A program made the position numbers and the translations under genes. Under the pieces are notes generated by a model. The model was not told the origin of the DNA. It did not search any database and saw only the letters and a list, made by a program, of their open reading frames with translations. Positions 24,192 through 39,100 of a DNA stretch of 64,000 bases are shown here, piece after piece. The stretch lies in the NCBI GenBank assembly GCA_964270895.1, contig OZ185438.1. One strand, 5' to 3'. Every line of letters begins with the position of its first letter. Position 1 is the stretch's first letter. The DNA comes from Podarcis filfolensis. Lineage: Eukaryota.

Positions 24192-27100
24192 ATTGATGAA
24201 AATCTGATGCCCCATCTTGTGCAAGCAAATGAGCATTAAGTCTGAATAATAGATTCAGAAGTCTTCTGGTTTCTTCAATAGTGCATGAGGATGGATGTGC
24301 CGCAGTTTTTATTATTTTTGCGAAGTATATATACCCTCTAGTGTGAATTATTGTTAGCAGTTCTGAGCTTTTTTGAAAGGGAAGAAGAGGATGAAAACAG
24401 TATACTACTTTCTTTGCAAATGCTAACCTAGGCACATTCTGTTTAGCCTGATTGCAAAAAGAGCCAATTTGTTCAAAAATACATATTTTGTCATTTAGGG
24501 TTTGCAGTCTTGGAGCAAAGATTTATAAAACTACCTTAATTACCATACAGATTAGCTTTGAACCTTACACACTTTCAGAAGACCTTAATTTTTCTTCTTT
24601 GCTTTGATCTAGCAAGCTCAGCTTTTGGGCAAGTAACCTTAATTAGGAACCATAATGTATGGGAAATTACGGCAATGAGACTGATGAAAGCCAAGGTTTG
24701 TTGTGAGGTTTCAGAGTTTCCCCAGTAGCAGTTTGCTGTTGGAATAGAATGCTGGAACTTTGGTGAGCTATGTCTGTTCCTGGTGGAGGACCACCACCAC
24801 TCCATTTGAACTTTCTACACCCTTTATTGTTTCTTGTGTGGAAAATTTGGCACATCTGGATTGTAATGAGTTGGGGCAAGAGGATATTACATATATAGTA
24901 GGGAGTTGCGTCTGTGTATTTTGCAGAATTGTATGTATAAGGACCGTAGGAACCTTACCCCCAGTGCTCTTGGAAGAGAGATACACACAAACTCAGCCAG
25001 AGCCATTTTGCTAGCAGTTCAGCTCTTTGTAGAGAACATTTATCTTGAATAGTATGGAAGTGGTCAAGATCTGGGATAAAATTAATGATGTTGAGACACA
25101 GCAAGATCTTTTTTCAGTTATTGACGTCCACTGTTTACACTCACCCTTGGAACAATGTCATGAGATTTCATTCTGGCAGGGGCTTCTGGGGCAGAATTGG
25201 AGTCCAAGTGGGGAGAGGGGCACTAATTTTCCCACAGTACCCTCTGTCAGTTTGACACTTTGTTACCATAAAGCAGGCTTCCTCAAACTCAGCCCTCCAG
25301 ATGTTTTGAGACTACAGTTCCCATCATCCCTGACCACTGGTCCTGCTAGCTAGGGATCATGGGAGCTGTAGACCAAAAACATCTGGAGGGCCGAGTTTGA
25401 GGCAGCCTGCCATAAAGCATTGCTTCAGTGGGTAGAGGGGACATGGTGGCCACCAGGAGGAGCTCCAGTGTTAGTGGTGGTTTGGGGGTATTCAATTCAC
25501 ATATTGCCCCTCAAAAATACCTGGAAACCACAACATTCATCATCTGCTAATGGGATGGCAAAATGTGGGGAGGGATAATATTTTGGCTGGTAATCATTAA
25601 CTTGCTGGTTTGTAAATACTGGTTCTCCTTAATACTACTTTAAGCCTTTTTTACTGTTTTTTCTCTCTCCAGACCATTTGGACAGTGCTATGAGTTTCTA
25701 ACACTGCATACAGTGAAGAAATACTTCCTTCCAATTATAGAAATGGTTCCACAGTTTTTAGAAAACTTAACTGATGATGAACTGAAAAAAGAAGCCAAGA
25801 ATGAAGCCAAAAATGATGCTTTGTCAATGATAATCAAATCTCTAAAGAACTTAGCCTCAAGAGTTCCAGGGCAAGAGGAAACTGTAAAAAACCTAGAAAT
25901 ATTTAGATTAAAAATGATACTTAGGTAAGGCCTTTTATTTTATGACTACAGAGTTTTCTATGTTTGGTATCCGATTCTGCTTCTCTTATACATACATTTC
26001 TCCACAGGTTGTTGCAAATTTCATCGTTTAATGGAAAAATGAATGCACTAAATGAAGTTAACAAGGTGATATCTAGTGTGTCATATTACACTCATCGACA
26101 TGGCAATCCCGAAGAGGAGGAATGGCTTACAGCAGAGAGAATGGCAGTAAGTTCTTTGAATTATATCATTGTATCCGTTCAAAGCATTTGTCTGCCTTTC
26201 TTTCCAGGAGATGTTTTCCTTAACTTTGATTTTGATTTTATTATTTTACCTTGTTTTGTTGTCTATGGACACAAAGTAGCTTATGAGATTAAAAACAATA
26301 AGACATTAAAATGTATGTAACAAACAATCAAAATAAAAACATACACTATTTGATAAAACCAGACTCAAAACAACCCACTAAAAAGCTCAGTATATGGTAA
26401 AAATTCAAGAACCAAAGACTTTGTGCAACAAAACCATTTCCAGCAAGGTGTATAAACCAAGGGTGGGGAACCTGCGGCCCTTCAAATATAGGTGGACTTC
26501 AACTTTCCTCAGCCAGCATGGGAAATGGTCAAGGATTATGGGACCTGTTATCCAACAGCACCGGGAACACCACAAGTGTGAAAAAGTGAAGGATTCCACA
26601 TCCTTAGGGCAACTACTGAAAAAGCCATGTCATAAATAGCTCAGTGGAGTTAAGGCTTTTCTCAGCATGCCCTGTGTACTTTCTACTCTATGCTCAAATT
26701 TAGTGGGCTTGATGGTGGAAGTTTTAATTTTAATACTGCAACATTATGAGTTTGGGGTAGGGAATTTGTGGCCTTCCAGATGTTCTTGGACTCCAACGTC
26801 CCATCAGCCCCCAGCCAGTATGACCAATGATCAGGAGTGGTTGAGAGTTGTAGTCCTACAACATCATGTTATAGTGGCTGGAAATGGTTAGGACAAGGTG
26901 CAGAAATGGAAGGGAGGCACTGGGAAAATGAGAAAATGAACAGATATTATGAGTTGTACTATCAGCACTTCTGGAAGTTGCTCTGTTTGCCTGTTGTTTA
27001 ACTCAGATAGGTAACCAGGTGTACTCTAACTCCCATCAACTGCAGCCAGCATGGCCAATGGCCAGGGGTTGATGGGAATTGTAATTCAACATCTGGAGGG

Positions 27101-30100
27101 CCATAGATTAGCCACCCCTGGTGTAACAAGCCTCTCCCTTTTGACACTTCTGTGAAATGGCTTTTGATGTTTCTGCCAAATAGCTGGTTCTTGGCATTAC
27201 TTTTGGTATCTGCTTACATGCCTATATAGTATATTGTGCCTGAATAGTGTAAAATGTGGAATTGCAAGTAGATAACATCGCTTATGAATAAGATAAAACT
27301 CTGGTGGTCAGAGTTGGACCCACTGTTCCATATTGTTACAAAAAGAAGTTTGACTTTCATTTTTTGGGCGTGTTTATAATGTGCTGCTTGCTGTCATCTG
27401 AAATTTTCTTTACCTTCTTAAATTTAGGAGTGGATTCAACAGAATAATATCTTATCGATTGTGTTAAGGGATAGTCTACATCAACCTCAGTATGTAGAAA
27501 AATTAGAGAAAATTCTTCGTTTTGTCATCAAAGAAAAGGCCCTCACCTTGCAAGACCTTGACAACATTTGGGCTGCACAGGTAGGGGCTAAACAACTGTC
27601 ACCTTGAGTGAGAGCAATTTATTTTGAACTACTTATCATGCATGAGTTGGAGTTGCTTATATTTTGTGATACAGATGTTAAAGTATAATTCGTCAGTCTG
27701 TCTGCAAATACCATAGTTTATTATGTTATGTTCTTCTGTGGTGGACACCAACTTTTGGTTAGTTCACATATGCTGTGCTACCAAAAGAAGGAAGCTAAAT
27801 GTGGCACAGGAAGCCTGATTAATTATTGGTGTGCTCTTTTTTCTTGGGTCATCAAATTTAAGAAGTTAATCATTGTAGGTTTTGCCTTTTGATCAACCCC
27901 TGTTTCCATTCCCTATGGCATAAACACATATAACTGAAACAATTGCATATTCTTTGATTTATCCTGCCTTTCCTGTCTCTGTTTTGTGTATGGTAAGCTC
28001 CTTGGAGCAGGAATTTATCATCTTGTTGCTCTGTGACGTGCCATGCACACTGAGAATGCCATATAAATATTATTATTATTAAGTTAAATGGGTCTAGTAG
28101 ATTGAGCTGACATTCTAAATTGTAAATTAAAAAACCCAATTTTTATTAGCTTAAATGTTCAAAAGCAAATGTGCGTTAGAAATATGAAGGAGTATCAACT
28201 ATAGGCTGTACCTTTCTTTGGGAAATGTAATGATTACCTGTAAACTGATCATCTAGCCTCTTTATATAGAGTATCGATTTTGTAAAGCCAAAAGGGTTTT
28301 AAAGAATAGGAATTCAAAAAGTCAAGAGAGCAAGAGATAAGTGCAGTTTAAAGTCTGAGGTATTATATAAGCTATCTTTTCCAACCTGCCATAGAAAAAT
28401 GAGAACAGGATGAGAACAGTGCTAGTTTTACAAGAATTGTTCTAAGGTCACTGTAAGTGCGGGTCAATTCCACTTTGTAGGATAACATGTGGGGAAATGG
28501 CTGTAATAGAAATCCAAGTCTCAGAAAAATAAAGACAATCCTGTCTTTTGTGGAGATAGCAGTAAATGGTGTTAACTCTTTCTTATCAAGGCAGGAAAAC
28601 ATGAAGCCATTGTGAAGAATGTACATGACCTCCTTGCGAAACTGGCCTGGGATTTCTCTCCTGAACAACTTGACCACCTATTTGATTGTTTCAAGGTAAG
28701 CATACATATTAATCTGCTGTTATTAATTGGGGCAAGGGACAGCCTCAGGGTCAATAGTGGGAGTTCCTGGTAATGAAGGAACTTTACTTTTCCTTCACTG
28801 CTTTACTATCACTGAACTTGGGGATAGGCTAAGCTCCTCCAGAGGCCTGAGTTTTTTGTACTTCACCGAATTGGGAGGAGCAAATGTTATGTTTCGTCAT
28901 GTGGAAAAGCAGCCTCTCAGTGCTTAGTGTGCATGTTTTAGTGGGTGGAAGATGAATTTGCAAAGGATGAAGGGGGTCAAGAAACCATATTTTCTGTCCA
29001 GTCCTCTGGGATGTTTTGGCTTATAGTAAAATTGAGGGCTGGTGGGAGAATGCAACAAAGGAAGTCTTTGTTTGAGCAGCAGTTTCGCCATCAACCACCA
29101 GGTGGTGCCGAAGTCCTATAACGACAGCAGATTTATGTGCACACAGATATCCCCTTCACACTCATGACCAATGCTTCTTTTTCACCCTCTCATAATAATC
29201 CAGGGCCATCCAGTGAAGCTAATATTGGAAGATTCTAGATGGGCAAAATTATTTCACTTAAGGCATAAACAACAGGATTCACTCCTAGAAGGTGTAGAGA
29301 TGACCACCAATTTGGATGATTTTAAAAGAGGAGTAGGCAAATTCATGGAGGATGAGGCCATCAATAGCGAATGGATGTGTATGGCATCCATTGTTGCAGA
29401 CAGTACGCTTTTGAATACCTGTTGCTGGTATTCACAAGTGCAGATTGTGGTCATCTACTGTGTGTGAACTTCCCATAGTCTGTTTGGCCACTTAGAAGTT
29501 GATGCTGCTGTCAATGGGACTTTGGCCTGATTCAGTAGGGCAATTCTTAACAATCTTGGGTAACAAAGTAAATTTTGCTTGGCTTCTGCTCTTCTGCTGA
29601 AGCAGAGCCATGGATTTATTTTGAATGGGAGAAGAAGAGGCCTTTCTGTCTGACTTCCTATTATTTCCTATTACTGTGAAATGCAGTCACTGAACAATTA
29701 ATATTATTACTGATTACAAATCCATTCAAGTGAAGTATTTGAAAATTATCTAAAAATAGCTTAGTTCTTCCATTTTTTGGTAAGCTACTCAGTGCTGACA
29801 TCCTAATTGGTGTTACTGGAAAGAACAGTAGAATTACTATCATATCTTAATTTGCATTATGACAATATAACTTAATTTTAACACTTTTAGTATTTCAATT
29901 CACATACCTTTGATTTTCAGGCCACATTAAAATATTCTGGTGGTGTCCCTTTATTTTCTAGGCAAGTTGGACAAATGCAAGCAAAAAGCAGCGTGAAAAG
30001 CTACTTGAGTTAATTCGTCGTCTTGCAGAAGATGATAAAGATGGTGTGATGGCGCACAAAGTACTGAACCTTCTATGGAATTTAGCACATAGTGATGATG

Positions 30101-33100
30101 TTCCAGTTGATATCATGGACCAGGCTCTCAGTGCCCACATTAAAATCTTAGATTATAGTTGTTCTCAGGTAAATATATTCTGTTTGGTAGTCATTGTCTT
30201 TGGGTTGGCTGACATTATGCTTGTGTGTTCCTACCTTTCTCTCTCCTTAACAGCAACTAGTTTGCTCTTAAATATGAAATGGTGACCTTGCTGTTGAATT
30301 CTTTCAGACTAGGATTGCATCCCTGGTTTAGAGGGGTTATGAAAATCATAGTTTGGCAGTTCAGATGTAACAAGAAATTGTTTTTGGTGATGGAACTTAC
30401 TGAAATTAGAGCATGTGATGAAGGGTACTTGTGAACACAAGGTTAATTCATGTATGTCTAATAATCCATAGTCCCATTGGTATTAACACTGGGATTTGAT
30501 ACTATAGTGGCATTAAGACTGTTGTATTATTTTCACAAAAATAAAGGAAGAGAGTAGATATAAAAAAGCTCGTTTCAGATGCTACTCGTAACCATAGCTT
30601 AGAGGATTATGAGCAAGCTATGGGCTGGCATATGTTCTCCCTCCCTTTGAGCTTCACTTTGTCTTCCTCCCTTTTGATTAGTGTTAACAAGAGCTTGCCA
30701 TGGTGTCCATATTACCGTATTTTTCGCTCTATAACACGCACCAGACCATAACACGCACGTAGTTTGTAGAGGAGGAAAACAAGAAAAAAAATATTCGAAA
30801 CGAAATAGTGGATATATGATTTTTGTGGTTCATGCTGTGGCCACAGACATGTGATCTGACGGTGAGTTTGGAGTAGCCCAATGCAAAAATCCTGAGGATC
30901 CATGTGGATCCATGCTTTGTAACCACAGAGGAGGAAAGGAAGGGGAACCATGGATCCTCTGCTCACGACTGCAGCAGATCCCCCCGCCACCCGCAGGCAT
31001 TCGCTCCATAACACGCACAGACATTTCCCCTTACTTTCTAGGAGGAAAAAAGTGAGTGTTATGGTGCAAAAAATACGGTATTTATGTATTGAATTTGTAC
31101 CCAGCCCTACTCTCAAAAGGATACCAGGGCAGCAGACACCAAAGGGATAAAAACAAATGATATTAGATGTTGCAGGGGAGGGTTGGCCATTGTCCTATTG
31201 TGCTGTGTATGTGATGGAGACCCATATTGGGCTGAAGGTGCCCTCCTTTGCTTCTACCTGTGCTGTTTTGAGTTTGTTGGTTAACTTCTCTAGTAGGCTG
31301 TTTTCTAACCTAATGATTCAGTTTCAAGGTATTTAAAACAGGGAGCCAGAAATGGATAAACCACTTTAAAATTACTTAATTGTTGCAAGCTAAAATAAAA
31401 ATATTTGTTTTTTAAGGATCGAGATACACAAAAAATACAATGGATAGATCGTTTTATAGAAGAGCTTCGCACAAATGATAAATGGGTCATTCCTGCATTG
31501 AAACAAATTAGGGAAATTTGTAGTTTGTTTGGTGAAGCACCACAAAACTTGAGGTGAGACATTTTAAATAAACTTTTCATTTCTTTAATGTGTTGGGCTA
31601 GAAAAGGGTACACAGTTCACATAATCCCACTAGTATTGCTGAAATATAATGGGAAATATTAATACATAATGGATGCAATTCCATTTGAGATGGTTGCTGA
31701 TGACCCAGATGGGTGGGTTGGGTAACTTTTCTAATCACGTGACGGAGGCAGGAGAGCAAAGAACTCTGGGAGGCAAGCGCAGTCTCCTCAATTTTCTCTC
31801 TCCTGCCTGACGATCAGATTATTTCACCCTGGTTCTCACTGGTTATTCCTTTCAGTTAAATTGGCTTAAGGCATTCATAAAGCCTATAGAAGCCAGAAAA
31901 TTGGGAGTAACTCACTGCATTGTCTGAAGATGGAACTTGTTTCACACTGAATGCTGAAGACAAGAACTCATGTCTTTGCTGTTACCTGGGGGTGAGGGCA
32001 CTCTTGCCCAATCACAATTATACTAAAACACTGGATTTTTTTCAGAGTTTTCTGTGGGAAGCTCTTGTCTTGGGGTAGGGGGAAATAAAGACTTAAAGGG
32101 CAATCAGAAGCTTGGCAGTCTGCATGAGTATGTCAATGCTATGGTTGAGAGAAGTTGAGATACAGAATTTTAATGCATTCATTGAAAATAAAAGAGACAG
32201 AACTGGGGAGAACTAATTGGTCTGCTCAAGTCCCCAAACCCCTCTCATATCTAAGGGGATTAGGAGATTTGGGAGGGAGTGTGCATAGTTTTGCAATATG
32301 GTAGCCATTTGGAATGGATTGTTTGAAACTCTCAGTAACAGGACTTGTAACACTTTGATGTGTGTTTAAACTGCAGTCAAACTCAGCGAAGCCCCCATGT
32401 GTTTTATCGCCATGACTTAATCAATCAACTTCAGCACAATCATGCTCTAGTAACTTTAGTAGCAGAAAATCTTTCAGCGTATATGGAAAGCATGAGACAG
32501 TATGCTAAAGGTGAGTTAAATTTAATTAGAACTACATTATGAGATATATTGCTATTTATTTCCTCCTTATATGCTGAAGGAAGGGGGGAAGTCCCCTTCC
32601 GCCTAGATTCTACTTCAGGTATTTTTCCAGACCCAACTGTACATATTTAAGCAAATAATTCATTGATGGAGGTGGGGAGGGGCAGAATAATTTTATTGGC
32701 AAAGCTGCCAATTTTGTGTACATTTGTGTATTTTTACAATAGCTATAAAATGTGCTGTGATTGAAATTTATATCTCCCACATTTTGCTTAACTACTTCTG
32801 GAAAAGTTAATTTCAACATTTGCTGCAAATATGGTATCTAATATTGGGTAGTTTCTGATAATTTTCCAAAGTAATTTTGTTGTTGGAATGTAAACTTTGC
32901 ATATACCTTTCAAATAGAAAAGTCATCACTAATATTAAATACTCTCTTAATAGATAAGACTGGATAAGAAACTTAAAAATGTATGCAATCCTAAGCACTT
33001 TCTTGGACATAATGGGATGTCCTTTAGAGAAAAATTGAAAAGGTTTTGCTGTTGAGTTAAAAAAAATGTATTATAATATTTTGTATTAAATTTTCAGAGC

Positions 33101-36100
33101 ATGGAGAATACGATCCACAAACTGTAAGACCTGGGAGTAGATACAGTCATGTGCAAGAAGTCCAAGAACGTCTGAACTTCCTACGGTTGGTTTTAGTGAT
33201 ACTTGCTTTACATTGGGTGTAAAAGTAGCAATCTATGCTGTTTAAAAAGCAAAAAATGAATGCCCCCTTTTGCTGTTGAGAACAGCTGATCTACAAAATG
33301 ATATTTGTCTTGTGGCTGAATCTATTTCTAGACAAGGTCGCAGTAAGGCACATGGCTAGAAACAAGTTCCTCTTGCATGCTCTTTAGTTCCAGGTCTACC
33401 AGCTAGAATGCACAGTCCCTTTATTTGTCTCATTCCCATGTACCAGACAAAGACTCACTGGCTGCTTTCATTTATCCACATACCAGCTCTCTATTGCTCC
33501 TAGTGCAAGCACCGATGATCTTTATTCTAACTAGTTGAGTTACTGCTTAATTGCTCTGCTGCCCCCAGAAGAATAGGGGCAGAGAGTGTACTGATACACT
33601 TTTTACTCTGATACAGCTGATGCAGACATTTCCCTTGTTTCATCAAAACATGTTTGAAGGAGTGGGTTTTCTGATGGTAGGACGGCAATGATATGTGATA
33701 ACACTAGAAACCTTTCCATATACAAGGGGTTAGAAAGAGGCATGCAGTACCTCGGTCAAGGAAAAGAGATGACTCATGTGCAAGTCCTAATGTTCTTATG
33801 GTCTGAAAATATAGAGAATGAATATTTCTAGCCAAGTGGCCATTCCACAGACAAGGTTCCTCACTTAAGTGTCCTCTGACATCCCTATAATTACTGCTTA
33901 CATACACAGACCACACCACTTGGCTAAAAGAAAAAAGCCTTGAATATTAGGTGAGATAAGCCCAGAATAATCTACTAAGATCAGAGCACACGTATTCTTA
34001 ACTATGATGGTGGATGTTTTATTTAACACTCCTGAAGAAGATACAGTTGTAATCAAAAGCATAACAAAGCATCTCCCCCCTAAATATTTGCAGTAGATAA
34101 CACCATGAAAGGAATGGTAAACGTTCTGATTATGGCTGATACTACTAATGTTCCTTCTAGGTGTGAAACGTATCAGTTGGGACTAAGGGGGGGGGGGAAG
34201 ATACCTTTATTTATCCATGTGTGACCACCGGATAGAAGAATTGTTCTTTAGACACAGTAGTTAGGCTCTGTGTGAAATTCACACAATTTTCTCTATGCAA
34301 TTTGTACACAATTTTCTCTATTGCTCTATTCTGCTTTGGATAGTTATTGAAGCATTTTCCTGCTTATAGTACTGAGACAGATGCATCTACGGGAAATCAA
34401 TAGTTGGGATTTTTTTGTAGGACTGAAGCATATTCAATGAAATTGAAGCTGCCAGCTAGTCCAAAAAAGTACATAATACCTATTTATCTGGGCTGCTTGA
34501 CATGATACCAAGGCAATCTGTTTGCTTAACTCAAATTTTCTTTTATAGCTGGGATTCTAACATCTTTTACCTGCTTACGCATGTCAGTATGTGACTGACA
34601 TTTGTGTACAGAGTAGTTGTGTGAAATGTCAAGTTTATAATATGCATATTATTTAATCCAGATAGATTGTTCTCTTTTCTGTGATTGAGGAATATTCCAG
34701 AATGTATGAATACATTGGAGAACAGTTGAAAACAGCATCAGCTACAGTGGTGCCTCGCAAGACGAAAAGAATCCGTTCCGCGAGTCTCTTCGTCTTGCGG
34801 TTTTTTCGTCTTGCGAAGCAAGCCAATTAGCGGATTAGCGCTATTAGCGGGCTTAGCGGATCAGCTGATAAGCGGCTTAGCGGATCAGCTGATAAGCGAT
34901 TTAGCGGCTTGGGAAAAGGGGGGGGAGGAAAAAAACCCCGCAGGAACTTGCAAGACATTTTCGTCTTGCGAAGCAAGCCCATAGGAAATTCGTTTTGCGA
35001 AGCACCTCCAAAACGGAAAACTCTTTCGTCTAGCGGGTTTTCCGTCTTGCGAGGCATTCATCTTGCGGGGCACCACTGTACTGAGTTTCAAGTGTTAGTT
35101 CATAGAATTAGAGCGACATTTCTAATTTTAATGACTTCTTGTTTCTCTCTGTTTCATGCTAGATTTTTACTGAAGGATGGTCAACTATGGCTCTGTGCTC
35201 CTCAGGCAAAACAAATATGGAAGTGTTTAGCTGAAAATGCAGTCTACCTGTGTGATCGTGAAGCCTGTTTTAAATGGTATTCTAAACTCATGGGAGATGA
35301 ACCGGATTTAGACCCTGACATAAATAAAGACTTCTTTGAAAACAATGTTCTTCAGTTGGACCCTTCACTCTTAACAGAAAATGGAATGAAATGTTTTGAA
35401 CGTTTCTTCAAAGCTGTGAACTGTCGAGAAGGGAAGCTAGTTGCAAAGAGACGAGCCTATATGATGGATGACTTGGAGTTAATAGGATTAGATTACCTTT
35501 GGAGGGTAAGTGTAAAAGTACATCTAACTTATTCAAGTTGTAGTTTATAGTAATTTGACAAAAAAGTTGGTTTGTATGGTTAGGCCAATAAAATTAAAGT
35601 TCTGCAGCTGTTATTACATGTGAGTTCTACTGTGTACTTCAGCTACGCATTGCCTATTTTGATACGCTGTGATTTGTACAAAGTGCAAAATCAGCACGTG
35701 GCTTGGTGAAAAACTCATTTGATGTTGAATATTTGAAGTTTGCCACAGATATTTATTCTTTCTAGTGCTGCTGCAGAAGTCTGCTATGTCCATGCAGCTG
35801 CACAATGCTTCCTGAAGACATCATTATATATGTGGAGTATCAGGTTGCAACTGTGGCTTTGGCAGTTCGTTGCTGTCACACTGTAAAAGGAGTGCTCTCT
35901 CTGTAGGAATGGCAATCAGTGTCAGGAAAGCTGCCAATTATGTAGTTTGCTCTCATTTTTCCCCTCTGTTCAATTAGTCCAGTTGTCTCACTACCCAAAC
36001 TGGCAGAAGTAGTCTTGGGTGTAGGGTTGGAAAATTCCCAGACTTGGTGATTTCAAAATCCATGCTTACCTGGGACATTATGGCTGCCATGGCAACCAAG

Positions 36101-39100
36101 GGGCTGCCTCAGTACAGAATTGACCTGACAAATAACAGGACATAGCCTTGATCTTTTATTTACAAAAGGATGACTGGTAGATGGATTGGTGTTGGAGGGC
36201 GGGGCAGGGGGTATGTTTGCATTACCCAGTTATAGAGCAATCATTTGACTTTAACCTGCAGGAGTGGAGTACTTAATCAGCAGGTTTGCCCCTGGAAAAA
36301 TGACAATGCTGCAAGGCACTTGCAGGGTATGGTTGCTCATATTTGTGCAGAACTTGGTATCACTGTTAATATAGTTCCAGAGGAGGTGTCCAGAAAACAT
36401 TGATGATACCCAGCTCAATTTCTCTGTAACATCCAGCTCAATTTCTCTGTAAAATTGTAATTGGAAGAAGCCTTACAAGCCCTGGACTGGTGCCTGCGCT
36501 TGGTGGTGCCTTTATGGCTCTGAATCCTGGCGATACAGAGGTGCTGTGAATGAGCAATTTCCTAGCCTGGATAATTGGTCAATTGCCTGCTTTGGATGGG
36601 TTGTATCCTCCTGAAGGAGCAGGTTCTTAGTGTGGGGGTGCTGCTGGACCCATCTCGGTCACTAGAAGTCTAGGTGACCTCGGGAGCTAGGAGTGCAGTA
36701 CACCAGCTTCAGTTGGAAAGATAGCTGCATCTGTTTCTGGATCATTGCAGCCCAACCACTGTCATCCATACGTTGGTAACCTCCAGATTGGATTACTGCA
36801 GTGCATTCTATTTGGGGCTGGCCCTTGAGTAACTGCAGCTATGCAGCAGTTGGACTGTGGTGGAATATCATTATATGACACCACTGCTGAAAGAATTGCA
36901 CAGGCTGCTAGTAAGCTACCAGACTAGGTTCCAGGTGCTGGTATTGGTGTACAAAGCCCATATACAATATGGACCAGGGTATCTAAAAAATCACCTCATA
37001 TCCTACATACCCATTCTGCAGGAGAGAGCATCCTGCCAGGGGGTCTGTTCCACACAATGTAAAAATTGGGCCACCTACACTTTGGAAACCTTCACATTGC
37101 ATATCAGACAGGCACATTCTCCATTATCATTTCAGCAGCTTCCAAATACATTCCTTTTTTTCTACAAACCTTCTAAAATCTTTGTCCCAGTTGGTATTTA
37201 TTTTGTATTTGAATTGATTTTATGTAGGTGCTACTGTTTTAAGTTTGTTATTTATAGTTGTCATTCAAATTTGTTTTGTTTTTATATATGTTCTATTGTA
37301 AATCACAATTGCTGGTCAAGTAAACCTCTAAATGTTCAGAGCTGGCACTGCTCAATCTTTTAATGGGAGGCAACACTAATTTACAGTTAAAACCCCCGAT
37401 AAGTTATTTTTTACTATTGGCCAGGCTTGTAATGAGATACTGGAAGAACTTGGAAGGTATTTCTTTGACAGACTGGTACAATAGTGTATGGTAAATAGCA
37501 TCTGGGGGAAAATAGACTAATAAAATAAAATTGGCACAAGGTTTGAACCATAAAATTATTTTGTAACTGATCGGTACAGCTTTGTTATATATGTGGCTAA
37601 AACTGAAAACATCAGACTCCCTTCACATTATAAAACTTTTTGATTAGCATAAATTGTATATTGCTTTCTATATAAATGGTTGTCTGGGATAGGGCTTATT
37701 ATGTTCTTTGGATGTTATTTCTGATGTATTGCTTTAACTTCATCTCATGGGCTAGGGTGGGAAAATTTATTTTATGTGTGTACGATGTTGTCATATGTTA
37801 GACGAATCTAATGACTTTTTAAAAAATTGTAAATCACTTTGGGATGCCTCATGGAAAATAGTTCATAAATGAAATAATATTACTGTGTGTTGTATCAAAG
37901 CCAAGAATGGGTCATAAGACCATTTGCAGTAGATTTTATATACATATTTTTGTCAAGATTGCACTTAGAGATTTTATTCTCATAGGCCATAATGCTTAAG
38001 TTAAAGTGGTATATGCTTTATATTTCTGCCTTAGGTTGTAATTCAAGGAAGTGATGACATTGCCAGTCGAGCAATAGATCTACTAAAGGAAATCTATACC
38101 AATCTTGGTCCGAGATTGCAAGTAAATCAGGTAAAATTATGGAAAAAACTGTTGTTGTTTTTTAAAAATAGGTAGCATTTACCATTTTCATCCTTCCTTA
38201 GTATGCTTTGCTTGAGGACTATTTTACAAAAGTAAATCTTTAGAACATACATTTCTTCTTTAGCTGGCTCTTCATTCAAATAGGAATTCATACTAACAAA
38301 TGGCTTTTAAGTTGTTAATTGCCACGTTTTTTCATCATTCCCAAAATTCTGTTGACACACTGAAGCCTGTTAAAAATATTAGTGTTGCTGGAATCTTCTG
38401 CTCAGGAGTGTCATCCATGCAAATTACAGATGCAGGATTAGTTTGTCTCTCTTGTCACCTTTTATGTTGTTTTGTTGAGATATAGCTATCTCTTGGCCTT
38501 TCCATAGGTAGTAATCCATGAAGACTTCATTCAGTCCTGCTTTGATCGTTTGAAAGCATCCTATGATACTTTGTGTGTTTTGGATGGAGATAAAGACAGT
38601 ATTAATTGTGCAAGGCAAGAAGCGATAAGAATGGTGCGAGTGTTGACCGTTTTAAGGGAATATATAAATGAATGTGACAGTGATTACCATGAAGAGCGAA
38701 CAATTCTACCAATGTCAAGGTTTGTGGAAATTTCAAAACTCTGGTGAATTAGGATGCAATATTAAGTAATTTTCCAAGTAATTGTGGTGTTAGGATTCTG
38801 CTATGCATCTCATATTGTGCAAAAACTTTTAAATAACATAGTCTGTGTAATCTGTTAGTAGAATATATTAGTACACAGTATATTTGTAGAATCATAAATC
38901 TTGTATTTCTGATTTCTTTGCCACATACATAAAGGCAAAAGATAATCCATTCATTTTTTGTATGCAGGCCATTATACAGATTACATGCTGTAGATAACCT
39001 TTTCAGATTTATTCCCCTTTAGTCTAGCAAACAAGTAGAAGAATTGTTAAAAAGTAAGCAAAATTTTTTGAATTCCAGTTTTATTGGAGTGTTGTAATCC

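Noticed and set aside
29921-29961. Upstream acceptor tgattttcAG 41 nt before exon 12
   Set aside because: Would shift the frame, has no other support, and leaves no room for a separate exon.
31735-31808. TCACGTGA plus an 11-bp stem (AGGCAGGAGAG/CTCTCCTGCCT) as a structured RNA or miRNA
   Set aside because: The stem is short with a poorly paired interior; more likely a degraded repeat or chance.
34909-35550. 213-aa ORF that looks like an N-terminally extended gene
   Set aside because: It is MITE and intron sequence reading into exon 16 by chance. The same applies to other track ORFs overlapping single exons, such as 53189-53926 and 41207-41620.
36857-37363. 168-aa ORF
   Set aside because: Its start is the decayed L2 RT tail ([19 protein letters not shown]), running into AT-rich tail sequence; not a gene.
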